Of a stretch of DNA of 21,279 nucleotides, positions 8,251-16,295 are shown one piece after another. The notes below the pieces were generated by a model. That model was not told the DNA's origin, searched no databases, and saw nothing but the letters and a program-made list of their open reading frames with translations. Position 1 is the first letter of the stretch, and each line of letters opens with the position of its first letter. The DNA lies in assembly GCF_001945605.1 (NCBI RefSeq), contig NZ_MPKA01000135.1, positions 1 to 21,279 of the forward strand. Direction: 5' to 3'. The DNA is from Dubosiella newyorkensis. GTDB lineage: Bacteria; Bacillota_I; Bacilli_A; Erysipelotrichales; Erysipelotrichaceae. The translations under genes and the position numbers were made by a program.

Positions 8251-8429
8251 TGGAATTAAAATCAGCGCTTGGAGCGATCGTCGTCTTTGGAAGTCTTGTC
8301 GGCGTATACATCACGTTATACAAGCTCAATAAAAAGACGCCGCTTCCTCCAGGATGCGAAGATCTAAAAGCGGATTGTGAAGGCTGCCACGATTATGCCT
8401 GCACGAACAATCCGCATCATGAACGATAA
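8250..8429 (+). CDS. Small (59 aa) single-TM, Cys/His-rich membrane protein of unknown function, encoded between rnfA and rnfB
   Basis: It falls just under the 60-aa cutoff, so it is absent from the ORF track. The ATG at 8250 overlaps the rnfA TAA (TAATG). Hand translation: MELKSALGAIVVFGSLVGVYITLYKLNKKTPLPPGCEDLKADCEGCHDYACTNNPHHER. The layout is hydrophobic helix, basic patch, then C-x6-C-x2-C-x4-C. It ends 14 nt before the rnfB ATG, and its codon style matches the flanking genes. Confidence 0.55.
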   Translation: MELKSALGAIVVFGSLVGVYITLYKLNKKTPLPPGCEDLKADCEGCHDYACTNNPHHER

Positions 8430-8443
8430 GAAAGGAGCTACGT

Positions 8444-8749
8444 ATGGGTACAGCGATCATAATGATGCTCGTTTTAGGCGCCGTATTAGGCTTAGGCCTA
8501 GGTCTTGCCAGCAAGTTCTTGCATGTGGAAGCCGATCCAAGAATCGACTACGTATCAGCCCTTCTTCCTAACTACAATTGTGGCGGATGCGGCTATGCTG
8601 GATGTTCAGCGCTGGCGGAAGCAATGGTGGAAGGCGAAGTTTCTGACTTCAAATGCAAGCCATGCAAAGCCGATAAAAAAGCGGAAATCATCGACTACTT
8701 AAAAAACACCCCAGGACCAGAAGGGGAAACGGTAACGATCAAAGGATAG
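8444..8749 (+). CDS. rnfB: Rnf complex subunit B, short form: membrane anchor plus N-terminal Fe-S domain only, no ferredoxin-like dicluster domains
   Basis: TM helix 'AIIMMLVLGAVLGLGLGLA', then 'LLPNYNCGGCGYAGCSALAEAMVEGEVSDFKCKPC', the RnfB N-terminal Fe-S cluster motif. SD AAGGAG lies upstream. The ORF stops at 101 aa, inside a terminator stem. Confidence 0.8.
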   Translation: MGTAIIMMLVLGAVLGLGLGLASKFLHVEADPRIDYVSALLPNYNCGGCGYAGCSALAEAMVEGEVSDFKCKPCKADKKAEIIDYLKNTPGPEGETVTIKG

Positions 8750-8768
8750 AGAAATCTATCCTTTTTTT
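8744..8768 (+). terminator. Rho-independent terminator of the rnf operon (GGATAG-agaaat-CTATCC followed by T7)
   Basis: Stem at 8744-8749 / 8756-8761, T-run at 8762-8768. The left arm contains the rnfB stop codon. Confidence 0.7.
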
Positions 8769-8774
8769 GTATAT

Positions 8775-8796
8775 AAAAAAGAGGCGTTTCTGCCTC
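8775..8796 (-). terminator. Rho-independent terminator for the minus-strand rqcH/vanZ-like operon (GAGGC-agaaac-GCCTC followed by T6 on the minus strand)
   Basis: Arms at 8781-8785 / 8792-8796. The A-run at 8775-8780 on the plus strand is the T-run on the minus strand. It lies 4 nt beyond the vanZ-like stop. Confidence 0.65.
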
Positions 8797-8799
8797 TGA

Positions 8800-9360
8800 T
8801 CAATACCAATAAAATAAGAAAAACCGACCAATATTCAAGACGAAGATAAACAGAAACAGCCATCGAAGCGGCAGCTTGTACGATCCAATCTTTTTGAAGA
8901 ATACAAAATAGATCAACCATCCGATGAAAACACCGAACGTGTTCATGATCAAATCATCCACATCGCTCACTCTTTCATTGAACAACTGGGAAAACTCAAT
9001 GAACAGCGAACCAAGAAAACCGCACCCCATAGTTTCTAGAAATGGATGCTTTTCCTTGAACAATAAGGGAATCAAAACCCCGAAAGGAACAAAAAGCACG
9101 ACATTCAAAACGTAGCCGATCTTCGAAATCCCGGTCGAAAACGGGACAAAATTCAAATTGAGATCCGCGGATGTAAAATCCAAAATATCAAAAATCGTGC
9201 TCGGATCGGTGAAGTGAAGCATGCCAGCGATATAGACACCAAAAGTCACGAGCAGATAAAACAGCGGATTGCTGATGTAAAGCATCCCTTTTTTCTTCAA
9301 ATGATTTAAAAGAAAGAAATAGGGAAGAAAGCTCGTCAAAAATTCGAACGTATTGATCAT
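8800..9360 (-). CDS. VanZ-like family membrane protein
   Basis: Multi-TM protein with 'NVVLFVPFGVLIPLLF' and 'SLFIEFSQLFNERVSDVDDLIMNTFGVFIGW', matching the VanZ family pattern. Its ATG overlaps the rqcH stop (ATGA, 9357-9360). Confidence 0.8.
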   Translation of the reverse strand: MINTFEFLTSFLPYFFLLNHLKKKGMLYISNPLFYLLVTFGVYIAGMLHFTDPSTIFDILDFTSADLNLNFVPFSTGISKIGYVLNVVLFVPFGVLIPLLFKEKHPFLETMGCGFLGSLFIEFSQLFNERVSDVDDLIMNTFGVFIGWLIYFVFFKKIGSYKLPLRWLFLFIFVLNIGRFFLFYWY

Positions 9361-11006
9361 GAACGAACTTGATACCTCTCAATCCAATGTTCGACGAGCG
9401 ATTCATCCGGATCGATGTAGATCGTCTTATACGATTTCATCGTCACAAAGCCGATCTTAGAGCCAGGGACCTTCTTCAGCTGAGAAATCGTCGTATAGTC
9501 GACAGGAACCGAACTCGAGTGCCTTCCTTTCGAAAAGTAAGTCGCCAACATCGCGCACATCCGAATGAGAGACTCGTCCACCTCTTCGCTTTTCAACAAT
9601 ACATGCGAACCATGATAATCTTTGACATGGAACCAGACATCGTTTTTATTGCCTAAATGATGCGTGATATAGTTGTTCTGCAAGTTGTTCTTGCCAACAT
9701 AAATATCCGCTTCATCTACTTTTAAATGTAAGACATGGGGACGCTTCGGCTTCTTTTTCCCTTTCGCCGCTTTTTTAGGAAGCAAATATTTATTTTTGAT
9801 CAATTCCTCCCGGATCTCGAGACCATCTTCCCAAGAAGCGTGTTGCAGCTGTTCTTTGAGCTGCGTGAAATATTCGATATCCTCCTGGCAGCGCGCGATC
9901 TGCTCTTCTAAAATCGAAAGCGAACGCTTCATCTTATGATATTTCTGGTAATATTTGTTTGCGTTTTGTTTCAAATCAAAACGCATATCGATCGGGATCT
10001 TCACATCCTTGCCGCTTTCGAAATCCGGAAGCGTGACGATCTTTTCTTTCTCGATTGTTCCCATATAGGCGAAAAGTAGATCGCCATACACTTGATATTT
10101 TTGATAATCTTTCGCGCTGAGCAAAGAACTCTCCAATTTTGGAAGTTTCTTCAAATGCTTGTTGAGTTCCTGATCAACGATCCGAAAGACATCTCCGCAT
10201 TGCTCCTTGATCCGAACTTTCGCTTCATTATAGGCATACAATTTATCGAGCCCATCCATCAAAGAATAGACTTTCGCCTCTTTTTGAAGATGCAAGAGAG
10301 GAAGGACATGGAAATTCTTTTCATCATACACATATAAGTTTTGCGAAGAAAACAAGGCGTCGTTGATCTCTTCCAAAGGCTCTTCCTGATGAAGACGATA
10401 AAGATACTCTTTGCTCAATAAAGGCGAGAAGCCTTGTACTTGCTTGGTCAAAGGGGAATCAAGATCTAGCTCTTCAAGTTTGACACGATCGATCGTGTAT
10501 CTTTTTTCCTGTGGAGGCAACATATATTTTGCGCCAGGATGGATCAACCGCTTCGAATTTTCAAATACGGGGATCCGCTTGAGTGCGTCAATGATCGTCC
10601 CACCCTCATCGACTAGGATCAAGTTGGCATACTTACCCATCAATTCCGCATAGAGTTTAAGATCTTTCGCATCTCCAAGTTCATTATGCCCTTTGATATG
10701 AAAGATCAAGATCCGATCGAAACCAGCCTGATTGATCGAGTCGACGATCCCTTGCGAAAGGTATTTTCGAAGAACCATCACGAAGTTGGACGGATTGGGC
10801 TGCGTATTCAAACCATGATCATGAAAATAGATCCGATTCGTATTCGAATGAACATTGATGATCAAACGGACATTTCCTAATTTTTGAGTATGGATATGAA
10901 GAACGATTTCTTCTTCGCTTAAATTTTGGATCTTGCCGATCTTTCCCGATTCAAGATCCTTGAGCTGCCTGCTCAAGCAATGCAGCATGAGGCCATCGAG
11001 TGCCAC
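9357..11006 (-). CDS. rqcH: Ribosome quality control protein RqcH (NFACT family; historically called fibronectin-binding protein A)
   Basis: The N-terminus 'MALDGLMLHCLSRQLKDLESGKIGKIQNLSEEEIVLHI' is the NFACT-N pattern. A central coiled coil follows, and the C-terminus 'WFHVKDYHGSHVLLK...VPVDYTTISQLKKVPGSKIGFV' is the NFACT-R/DUF814 pattern. GTG start with GGAGGG 7 nt upstream. Confidence 0.9.
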   Translation of the reverse strand: MALDGLMLHCLSRQLKDLESGKIGKIQNLSEEEIVLHIHTQKLGNVRLIINVHSNTNRIYFHDHGLNTQPNPSNFVMVLRKYLSQGIVDSINQAGFDRILIFHIKGHNELGDAKDLKLYAELMGKYANLILVDEGGTIIDALKRIPVFENSKRLIHPGAKYMLPPQEKRYTIDRVKLEELDLDSPLTKQVQGFSPLLSKEYLYRLHQEEPLEEINDALFSSQNLYVYDEKNFHVLPLLHLQKEAKVYSLMDGLDKLYAYNEAKVRIKEQCGDVFRIVDQELNKHLKKLPKLESSLLSAKDYQKYQVYGDLLFAYMGTIEKEKIVTLPDFESGKDVKIPIDMRFDLKQNANKYYQKYHKMKRSLSILEEQIARCQEDIEYFTQLKEQLQHASWEDGLEIREELIKNKYLLPKKAAKGKKKPKRPHVLHLKVDEADIYVGKNNLQNNYITHHLGNKNDVWFHVKDYHGSHVLLKSEEVDESLIRMCAMLATYFSKGRHSSSVPVDYTTISQLKKVPGSKIGFVTMKSYKTIYIDPDESLVEHWIERYQVRS

Positions 11007-11055
11007 GAACGATCCCTCCTTTCAACATACCTATCTATTATACAGAAATCTAGCT

Positions 11056-11084
11056 TTGACACCAACTAGGACTAGGACTAAAAT
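11056..11084 (+). promoter_or_regulatory. Sigma-A-type promoter for gmk: TTGACA (11056-11061), 17-nt spacer, TAAAAT (11079-11084)
   Basis: Consensus -35, exact 17-nt spacing and a good -10, read directly. The spacer contains the tandem ACTAGGACTAGGACTA. Confidence 0.5.
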
Positions 11085-11103
11085 AATTGAAAAGGAGAAA
11101 GAT

Positions 11104-11688
11104 ATGCACAAAGGCTTATTGATCATTTTGAGCGGACCGAGCGGCGTAGGCAAAGGAACGATCCGCAAATACTTCGAAAAAGATGAACGTCTCAATCTTG
11201 CGTATTCGACCTCGATGACGACAAGAAAACCAAGAGATGGGGAAGTGGATGGAAAAGATTATTTCTTCACTTCCAAGGAAAATTTCCAAGAGGCGATCAA
11301 AAAAGGAGAATTGCTGGAGTACGCGGAGTTTGTCGGCAACTTTTATGGAACACCGCTCAGTGAAGTCGAACGCTTGAGGAACGAAGGCAAGAACGTGCTT
11401 CTTGAAATCGAAGTGCAAGGGGCGCTTCAAGTCCAGGAAAAATGTCCAGACGCGATCTCGATCTTCATCATTCCGCCTTCTATGGAAGAGCTGGAAAAAA
11501 GGATACGAGGCAGAAAATCAGAGCCAGAAGAGATCATCCAGCAAAGGCTTTCCAAGGCGGCCAACGAAATGAAAATGGTGCCAAACTATAAATATATCGT
11601 CTGCAACGATGATCCAAAGCTCGCGGCTGAGCTGATCGAGACGATCGTATTGCGAAATATCGAGCTTGAAGCAAACAAAGAGGTCTAA
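11104..11688 (+). CDS. gmk: Guanylate kinase
   Basis: 'LIILSGPSGVGKGTI' is the P-loop; 'STSMTTRKPRDGEVDGKDYFF' and 'EYAEFVGNFYGTP' also fit. I took the ATG at 11104 because AGGAG lies 6-7 nt upstream. The ORF-track start at 10933 runs through the rqcH promoter region. Confidence 0.95.
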   Translation: MHKGLLIILSGPSGVGKGTIRKYFEKDERLNLAYSTSMTTRKPRDGEVDGKDYFFTSKENFQEAIKKGELLEYAEFVGNFYGTPLSEVERLRNEGKNVLLEIEVQGALQVQEKCPDAISIFIIPPSMEELEKRIRGRKSEPEEIIQQRLSKAANEMKMVPNYKYIVCNDDPKLAAELIETIVLRNIELEANKEV

Positions 11689-11737
11689 CCTTGCAAAAGG
11701 ATAGATGGTGTGGTACATTAGGGACGATAGGAAACGA

Positions 11738-11769
11738 GGAGTGGGCTGGCCCACTCCTTCAATTTTGAA
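11738..11769 (+). terminator. GC-rich hairpin (GGAGTGGG-ctgg-CCCACTCC) followed by an interrupted T tract, between gmk and rimP; probable gmk terminator or attenuator
   Basis: 8-bp perfect stem at 11738-11745 / 11750-11757. The downstream 'TTCAATTTT' is only moderately U-rich. Confidence 0.4.
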
Positions 11770-11781
11770 AAGAGGAAAAGT

Positions 11782-12240
11782 ATGGAACATTTGAAAGAAT
11801 GGATCGAACAAGTCTTGAATGACAATGGCTGCTCTCTCTATGAACTTGAATGGCTCAAAGAAGAAGTGACCCCAATTCTTCGTGTATCGATCGAAAAAAA
11901 AGGTGGTTCTGTCGATTTGGATACGTGCACGCAGTGTTCAGACGCGATCAGTGCCATGCTCGATGAAAAAGATTGGAACGACAACGAGTATTTGCTCGAA
12001 GTCTGCTCGCCAGGGGCGGAGCGCGAACTCAAAAACTACGATCAGATCAAAGCCCAAGAAAACGGCTACGTATTTGTAAAACTCAAAAATCCGAAACAAG
12101 GAGTCGATCAAGTTTTTGGTGATCTCGTTCACGTCGAACCCGAAGTGATCACCCTCTCTTATAAAGTCAAGGGACGTCCAAAAAAGATCACGATCGAAAT
12201 GGACAATATCCAGCTGATCAAGACAGCTGTCAAACTATAG
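11782..12240 (+). CDS. rimP: Ribosome maturation factor RimP
   Basis: 'YLLEVCSPGAERELK' matches the RimP signature (SSPG..R.L). It sits in the conserved position directly upstream of nusA. Confidence 0.9.
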   Translation: MEHLKEWIEQVLNDNGCSLYELEWLKEEVTPILRVSIEKKGGSVDLDTCTQCSDAISAMLDEKDWNDNEYLLEVCSPGAERELKNYDQIKAQENGYVFVKLKNPKQGVDQVFGDLVHVEPEVITLSYKVKGRPKKITIEMDNIQLIKTAVKL

Positions 12241-12252
12241 GAGTGAAGAAGC

Positions 12253-13881
12253 ATGAAAGCGAAATCAAAAAGCCCTAAACTCAAAGTAGAAGCTTTGACT
12301 AGCGCCCTTCAAGGGATCGAAAGCAACCATCAATTGGACAAAGCGACGATCGAAGAAGCCTTGAAGGAGGCGCTGACCAAAGCGTACCAAAAACAAGCGA
12401 AGCTCTCTGTCAAAAGCAACGACTTGAGAGATGTCATGGTCAAAGTCGAGATCGTCAATGGAATCATCCATATTTATCAGCAGCGCGAAGTCATGAACGA
12501 TGACGACATCGAAGACGACGAACTCGAGATCTCGCTCGAAGAAGCGCGTAAGATCAAACCGGACGCCAAGATCGGCGATATGATCGATGAAGAAGTCGAT
12601 TTCACGACATTCGATCGAGCCGCAGTCGTTCTCGCCAAAAATGTCATGAAACAAAAGATCCGCGAAGCGGAAAAACAGCTCGTCTATGAAGAATATTGCG
12701 ATAAGGTCGATGAAATGGTCAGTGGTGTCGTAGAAACCGTTGAAGAAAAATTCATTCTAGTCGATTTAGGAAAGACCTACGCGATCATGACGAAAAACGA
12801 TCAGATCCCGACAGAAACCTATAAAGAAGGAGAGCGGATCAACGTCGTCATCACCGAAGTCAATAAAGAAACAAAAGGCGCCCAAGTCCACGTGTCTCGT
12901 TCCACTCCCGTCTTTGTAAGACGCTTGTTTGAACGAGAAGTGCCGGAAATCTACAATGGAACGATCGAGATCAAAGCGATCGCCAGGGATCCTGGAGAAA
13001 GATGCAAGATTGCCGTGCATTCCCATAACGAGAATATCGATCCGATCGGCGCTTGTATCGGCCCAAGAGGCGCTCGTGTACAGGCGATCATCAATGAGCT
13101 CAACGGAGAAAAGATCGACATCTTCGAATGGTCGGACAATATCGCCACGCTCATTTCCAACGCGCTCTCTCCAAGCGAAGGAGTCGCTGTCATTCCAAAC
13201 GACAATGTGAAAGATGGCTTGATCGTCGTCGTACCAGACAATCAGCTTTCTCTTGCGATCGGAAAAGGCGGAAAGAACGCCCGTTTAGCTGTCAAGCTTT
13301 CCGGCCATAAGATCGATATCAAGTCGCAATCCGAAATGGATGCTCTTGGCATCGACTATATGGGCATCGCCGCCAAGATGCAGGAAGAATACGAAGCGAA
13401 GAAAGCGAAAGAAAGAGCCTATAAACAGCAAGAAAAGATCAAAGCGCTCAAAGAAAGCAACGACGAGATCGAAAATGTCGATGTGGCTGAATTCGATTAC
13501 GACGAGGAAGAAGAAGAAAACGCGCCAGTCGAAAGCTTGTTCGAAACCGAAAAGAACCGGGAGCTTTCGGAAATGGAAGAAGCGGCCCGTCTTGCCAAAG
13601 AAAAACGCAAATCCGGTCATGAAGTCAAAGAATACACTTCTAAATTCGAAGAGTTCGCCGGCACTGGAAAACCAGAACCAAAAGCGTTTGTCACAGAAGT
13701 TAAAAAAGAAGAGCCTAAAGTGGAAAGTCCAAAAGAAGAAGTCAAGAAAGCCATTGTCGAAGGCATCAAGCCGATCTATTCGGATGAAGAGTTGGCCGAG
13801 ATCGAAGAGAGCGAATACGACGATGATGTCTGGGACGATGATATCGACTACGAAGAATACGATTCGTACTATGATGATTAG
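12253..13881 (+). CDS. nusA: Transcription termination/antitermination factor NusA with a long acidic low-complexity C-terminal extension
   Basis: S1 and KH regions: 'VSGVVETVEEKFILVDLG', 'DPGERCKIAVHS...DPIGACIGPRGARVQAIINELNGEKIDI' and 'LSLAIGKGGKNARLAVKLSGHKIDIKS'. Roughly 190 further residues are E/K/D-rich and end in 'YDDDVWDDDIDYEEYDSYYDD'. Confidence 0.95.
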   Translation: MKAKSKSPKLKVEALTSALQGIESNHQLDKATIEEALKEALTKAYQKQAKLSVKSNDLRDVMVKVEIVNGIIHIYQQREVMNDDDIEDDELEISLEEARKIKPDAKIGDMIDEEVDFTTFDRAAVVLAKNVMKQKIREAEKQLVYEEYCDKVDEMVSGVVETVEEKFILVDLGKTYAIMTKNDQIPTETYKEGERINVVITEVNKETKGAQVHVSRSTPVFVRRLFEREVPEIYNGTIEIKAIARDPGERCKIAVHSHNENIDPIGACIGPRGARVQAIINELNGEKIDIFEWSDNIATLISNALSPSEGVAVIPNDNVKDGLIVVVPDNQLSLAIGKGGKNARLAVKLSGHKIDIKSQSEMDALGIDYMGIAAKMQEEYEAKKAKERAYKQQEKIKALKESNDEIENVDVAEFDYDEEEEENAPVESLFETEKNRELSEMEEAARLAKEKRKSGHEVKEYTSKFEEFAGTGKPEPKAFVTEVKKEEPKVESPKEEVKKAIVEGIKPIYSDEELAEIEESEYDDDVWDDDIDYEEYDSYYDD

Positions 13882-13889
13882 AGGTCAGA

Positions 13890-14147
13890 ATGCGAAAAAT
13901 ACCGATGAGAAAATGTGTCGTGACCAACGAACGCTTTCCTAAAAAAGAATTGATCCGCGTCGTTCGCACGCCAGAAGGCAAAGTCGTGATCGATACGACC
14001 GGAAAGAAAAACGGACATGGCGCTTATATCCAAAAATCAAAAGAAACCTTTGAGAAAGCCAAAAAGAACAAAGCGCTCGCGCGCGCTTTAGAAATCGAGA
14101 TCCCCGAAGAGATCTATACACAGCTCGAGGCGATGCTTGATGAATAA
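13890..14147 (+). CDS. ylxR: YlxR/RnpM family (DUF448) RNA-binding protein
   Basis: 'RKCVVTNERFPKKELIRVVRTPEGKVVIDTTGKKNGHGAYI' is the DUF448 pattern. It holds the conserved slot between nusA and infB. Confidence 0.9.
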   Translation: MRKIPMRKCVVTNERFPKKELIRVVRTPEGKVVIDTTGKKNGHGAYIQKSKETFEKAKKNKALARALEIEIPEEIYTQLEAMLDE

Positions 14148-14430
14148 AATGATTTCAATGATCCAAATGGCGATGCGCGCAAGAAAGGTCGCGACAGGCG
14201 ATCAAGTCATTTCGAGCATTCAAAGCCGCAAGGCGAAGCTCGTGCTCTACTCCTCGAGTTGCGGAGAGAACAAAAGCAAGAAGCTGATCGACAAATGCGC
14301 CACATTCTATGTGCCGATCTATGAAATCGACGCCAAAGACTTTGACGCGATCTCAAATTCGCCGATCTCTTCGCTTTCCATCTTGGATGAAAACTTCGCG
14401 AAGGGAATATTGAAACATAGGAAAGGATGA
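14140..14430 (+). CDS. ylxQ: L7Ae-family ribosome-associated protein YlxQ
   Basis: '[41 protein letters not shown]' fits the L7Ae/YlxQ pattern. I took the ATG at 14140; the ORF-track start is a TTG at 14137. It overlaps the ylxR 3' end. Confidence 0.85.
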   Translation: MNKMISMIQMAMRARKVATGDQVISSIQSRKAKLVLYSSSCGENKSKKLIDKCATFYVPIYEIDAKDFDAISNSPISSLSILDENFAKGILKHRKG

Positions 14431-16295
14431 GTGATTCAATGGCAAAACCACAACAAAAACGAAAACCAACCAATAAACGAGGACATAATAATCGAAACAA
14501 CCGGCCGCACAACAGCGCTCCAAGAAGGAGCCACGATTATCCTACCGAGATCACATACTCCAATGCGCTCAGCGTAGGACAGCTCGCCGAGCTCATGAAA
14601 CGCAATAGCTCAGAACTCATCAAGTTCTTGTTCATGATGGGAAACATGTCGACGATCAACACGGTCCTTTCCGATGAAGAAGTCGAATTGATCTGCATGG
14701 AATTCAATGTCACTCCGCATAAAGAAGTCGTGATCGATGAAGACGATATCGAAGAACAAATCGACAAAATGGAATTCGATGAATCCGAATTGAAGCCGCG
14801 TCCACCAGTCGTAACGATTATGGGACACGTCGACCATGGAAAGACGACTTTGCTTGACACGATCCGGAAAACCCATGTGACCACTGGCGAATTTGGAGGC
14901 ATCACCCAACATATTGGCGCGTACCAAGTCAATTTGAACAATCGCAAGATCACGTTTTTAGACACACCAGGCCATGAAGCGTTCACCGCTATGCGTGCTC
15001 GAGGCGCGCAGATCACCGATATCGTCGTTTTGATCGTCGCTGCTGATGATGGAGTCATGCCGCAAACAAAAGAGTCGATCGACCACGCAAGAGCCGCAGG
15101 TGTACCAATTGTCGTAGCCGTCAACAAAATCGATAAGCCAGGCGCCAATCCGGACAAAGTCATGGCGGAACTCGCTGATAATGGCGTCATGCCAGAAGAA
15201 TGGGGCGGAGACACGATCTTCACCCAGATCTCGGCGCGCAGCGGAGAAGGGGTCAACGATCTTTTGGAAACGATCCTTTTAGTCGCGGATATGCAAGAAC
15301 TGAAAGCCAATCCGGACACGAATGCGACAGGAACGGTCGTGGAAGCCAAGCTCGACAAAGGGCGAGGACCGGTAGCGACTTTGCTCGTGCAACAAGGAAC
15401 GCTTCATACAGGAGATAGTGTTGTTGTTGGTACAAGCTATGGGCGTGTTCGTAAAATGAGCAACGATAAAGGAATGGAAATCAAGACGGCAACGCCATCG
15501 ATGCCAGTCGAGATCATTGGTCTGAATGAAGTGCCTCGCGCAGGCGATGTCTTCATGACCTATGATTCGTATAAAAAGGCAAGCGAGATCGCCAACCATC
15601 GTTTAGAAAAACAAATCGAGAAAGAACGAAACCAATCCAGCGCGCTCTCTCTTGAAGATCTCGCCCGTCAAATCAATGAAGGCGATGTCAAAGATATCAA
15701 CATTTTGATCAAAGCCGATGTGCAAGGTTCTGCCGAAGCGCTCAAGGCAAGCATGGAAAAGCTCGATGTCGATACGGTCCGTGTCAATGTGATCCGCTCG
15801 ACCGTGGGAACGATCACAGAATCCGATATCATGCTCGCCAGCGCCTCCAACGCCATCATTTATGGATTCAATATTCGTCCAACGGCTGCGATCCGCAAAA
15901 AAGCCGAAGAAGAAGGCGTCGAGATCCGTTTACACAACATTATCTATAAAGCGCTGGAAGAATTGGAAAGCGCCATGAAAGGTATGCTTGCTCCAGTTTA
16001 TGAGGAAGTCGTGATCGGACAAGCCGAAGTTCGTCAAATTTATAAAGTTTCGAAAGTTGGAACGATCGCCGGATGCATGGTCACAGATGGAGCGATCCGC
16101 CGAGATTGTTCGGTCCGCCTCATCCGTGATGGAATCGTGATTTATACAGGCAAGCTCGGTTCTTTGCGTCGATTCGAAAATGACGTCAAAGAAGTGACAA
16201 GCGGCTATGAATGCGGTATGACGATCGAAAACTTCAACGACATCAAAGTCGACGATATCATTGAAGCCTTTGAAGATCAGGAAGTGAAAGAATAA
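14427..16295 (+). CDS. infB: Translation initiation factor IF-2 (short N-terminal region)
   Basis: G-domain motifs '[12 protein letters not shown]', 'DTPGHEAF' and 'NKID', plus IF-2 domains through '[23 protein letters not shown]'. The ATG at 14427 overlaps the ylxQ stop (ATGA). An alternative ATG at 14439 is possible. Confidence 0.96.
   Translation: MSDSMAKPQQKRKPTNKRGHNNRNNRPHNSAPRRSHDYPTEITYSNALSVGQLAELMKRNSSELIKFLFMMGNMSTINTVLSDEEVELICMEFNVTPHKEVVIDEDDIEEQIDKMEFDESELKPRPPVVTIMGHVDHGKTTLLDTIRKTHVTTGEFGGITQHIGAYQVNLNNRKITFLDTPGHEAFTAMRARGAQITDIVVLIVAADDGVMPQTKESIDHARAAGVPIVVAVNKIDKPGANPDKVMAELADNGVMPEEWGGDTIFTQISARSGEGVNDLLETILLVADMQELKANPDTNATGTVVEAKLDKGRGPVATLLVQQGTLHTGDSVVVGTSYGRVRKMSNDKGMEIKTATPSMPVEIIGLNEVPRAGDVFMTYDSYKKASEIANHRLEKQIEKERNQSSALSLEDLARQINEGDVKDINILIKADVQGSAEALKASMEKLDVDTVRVNVIRSTVGTITESDIMLASASNAIIYGFNIRPTAAIRKKAEEEGVEIRLHNIIYKALEELESAMKGMLAPVYEEVVIGQAEVRQIYKVSKVGTIAGCMVTDGAIRRDCSVRLIRDGIVIYTGKLGSLRRFENDVKEVTSGYECGMTIENFNDIKVDDIIEAFEDQEVKE

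Noticed and set aside
11062-11078. Tandem ACTAGGACTAGGACTA in the gmk promoter spacer, considered as a possible repeat-based regulatory element.
   Set aside because: There are only about 2.5 copies of a 6-mer, lying exactly within a well-formed 17-nt promoter spacer. No further copies were seen in the window, so it is probably incidental.
13340-13942. 200-aa extremely Lys/Arg-rich ORF overlapping the nusA 3' region.
   Set aside because: It is the +1 frame of the GAA/AAG-rich sequence that encodes the acidic NusA tail. The composition explains the open frame, and it has no start context.
14537-15358. 273-aa ORF on the minus strand inside infB. Similar long antisense or alternative-frame ORFs occur at 2221-2727 and 3003-3680 (opposite cysE and apbE), 12265-12654 and 13285-13620 (opposite nusA), and 15930-16418.
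   Set aside because: All lie entirely within strongly supported genes on the other strand or in another frame. They have low-complexity, Ser/Arg/Ile-rich translations with no recognisable motifs and no SD. They are typical shadow ORFs.
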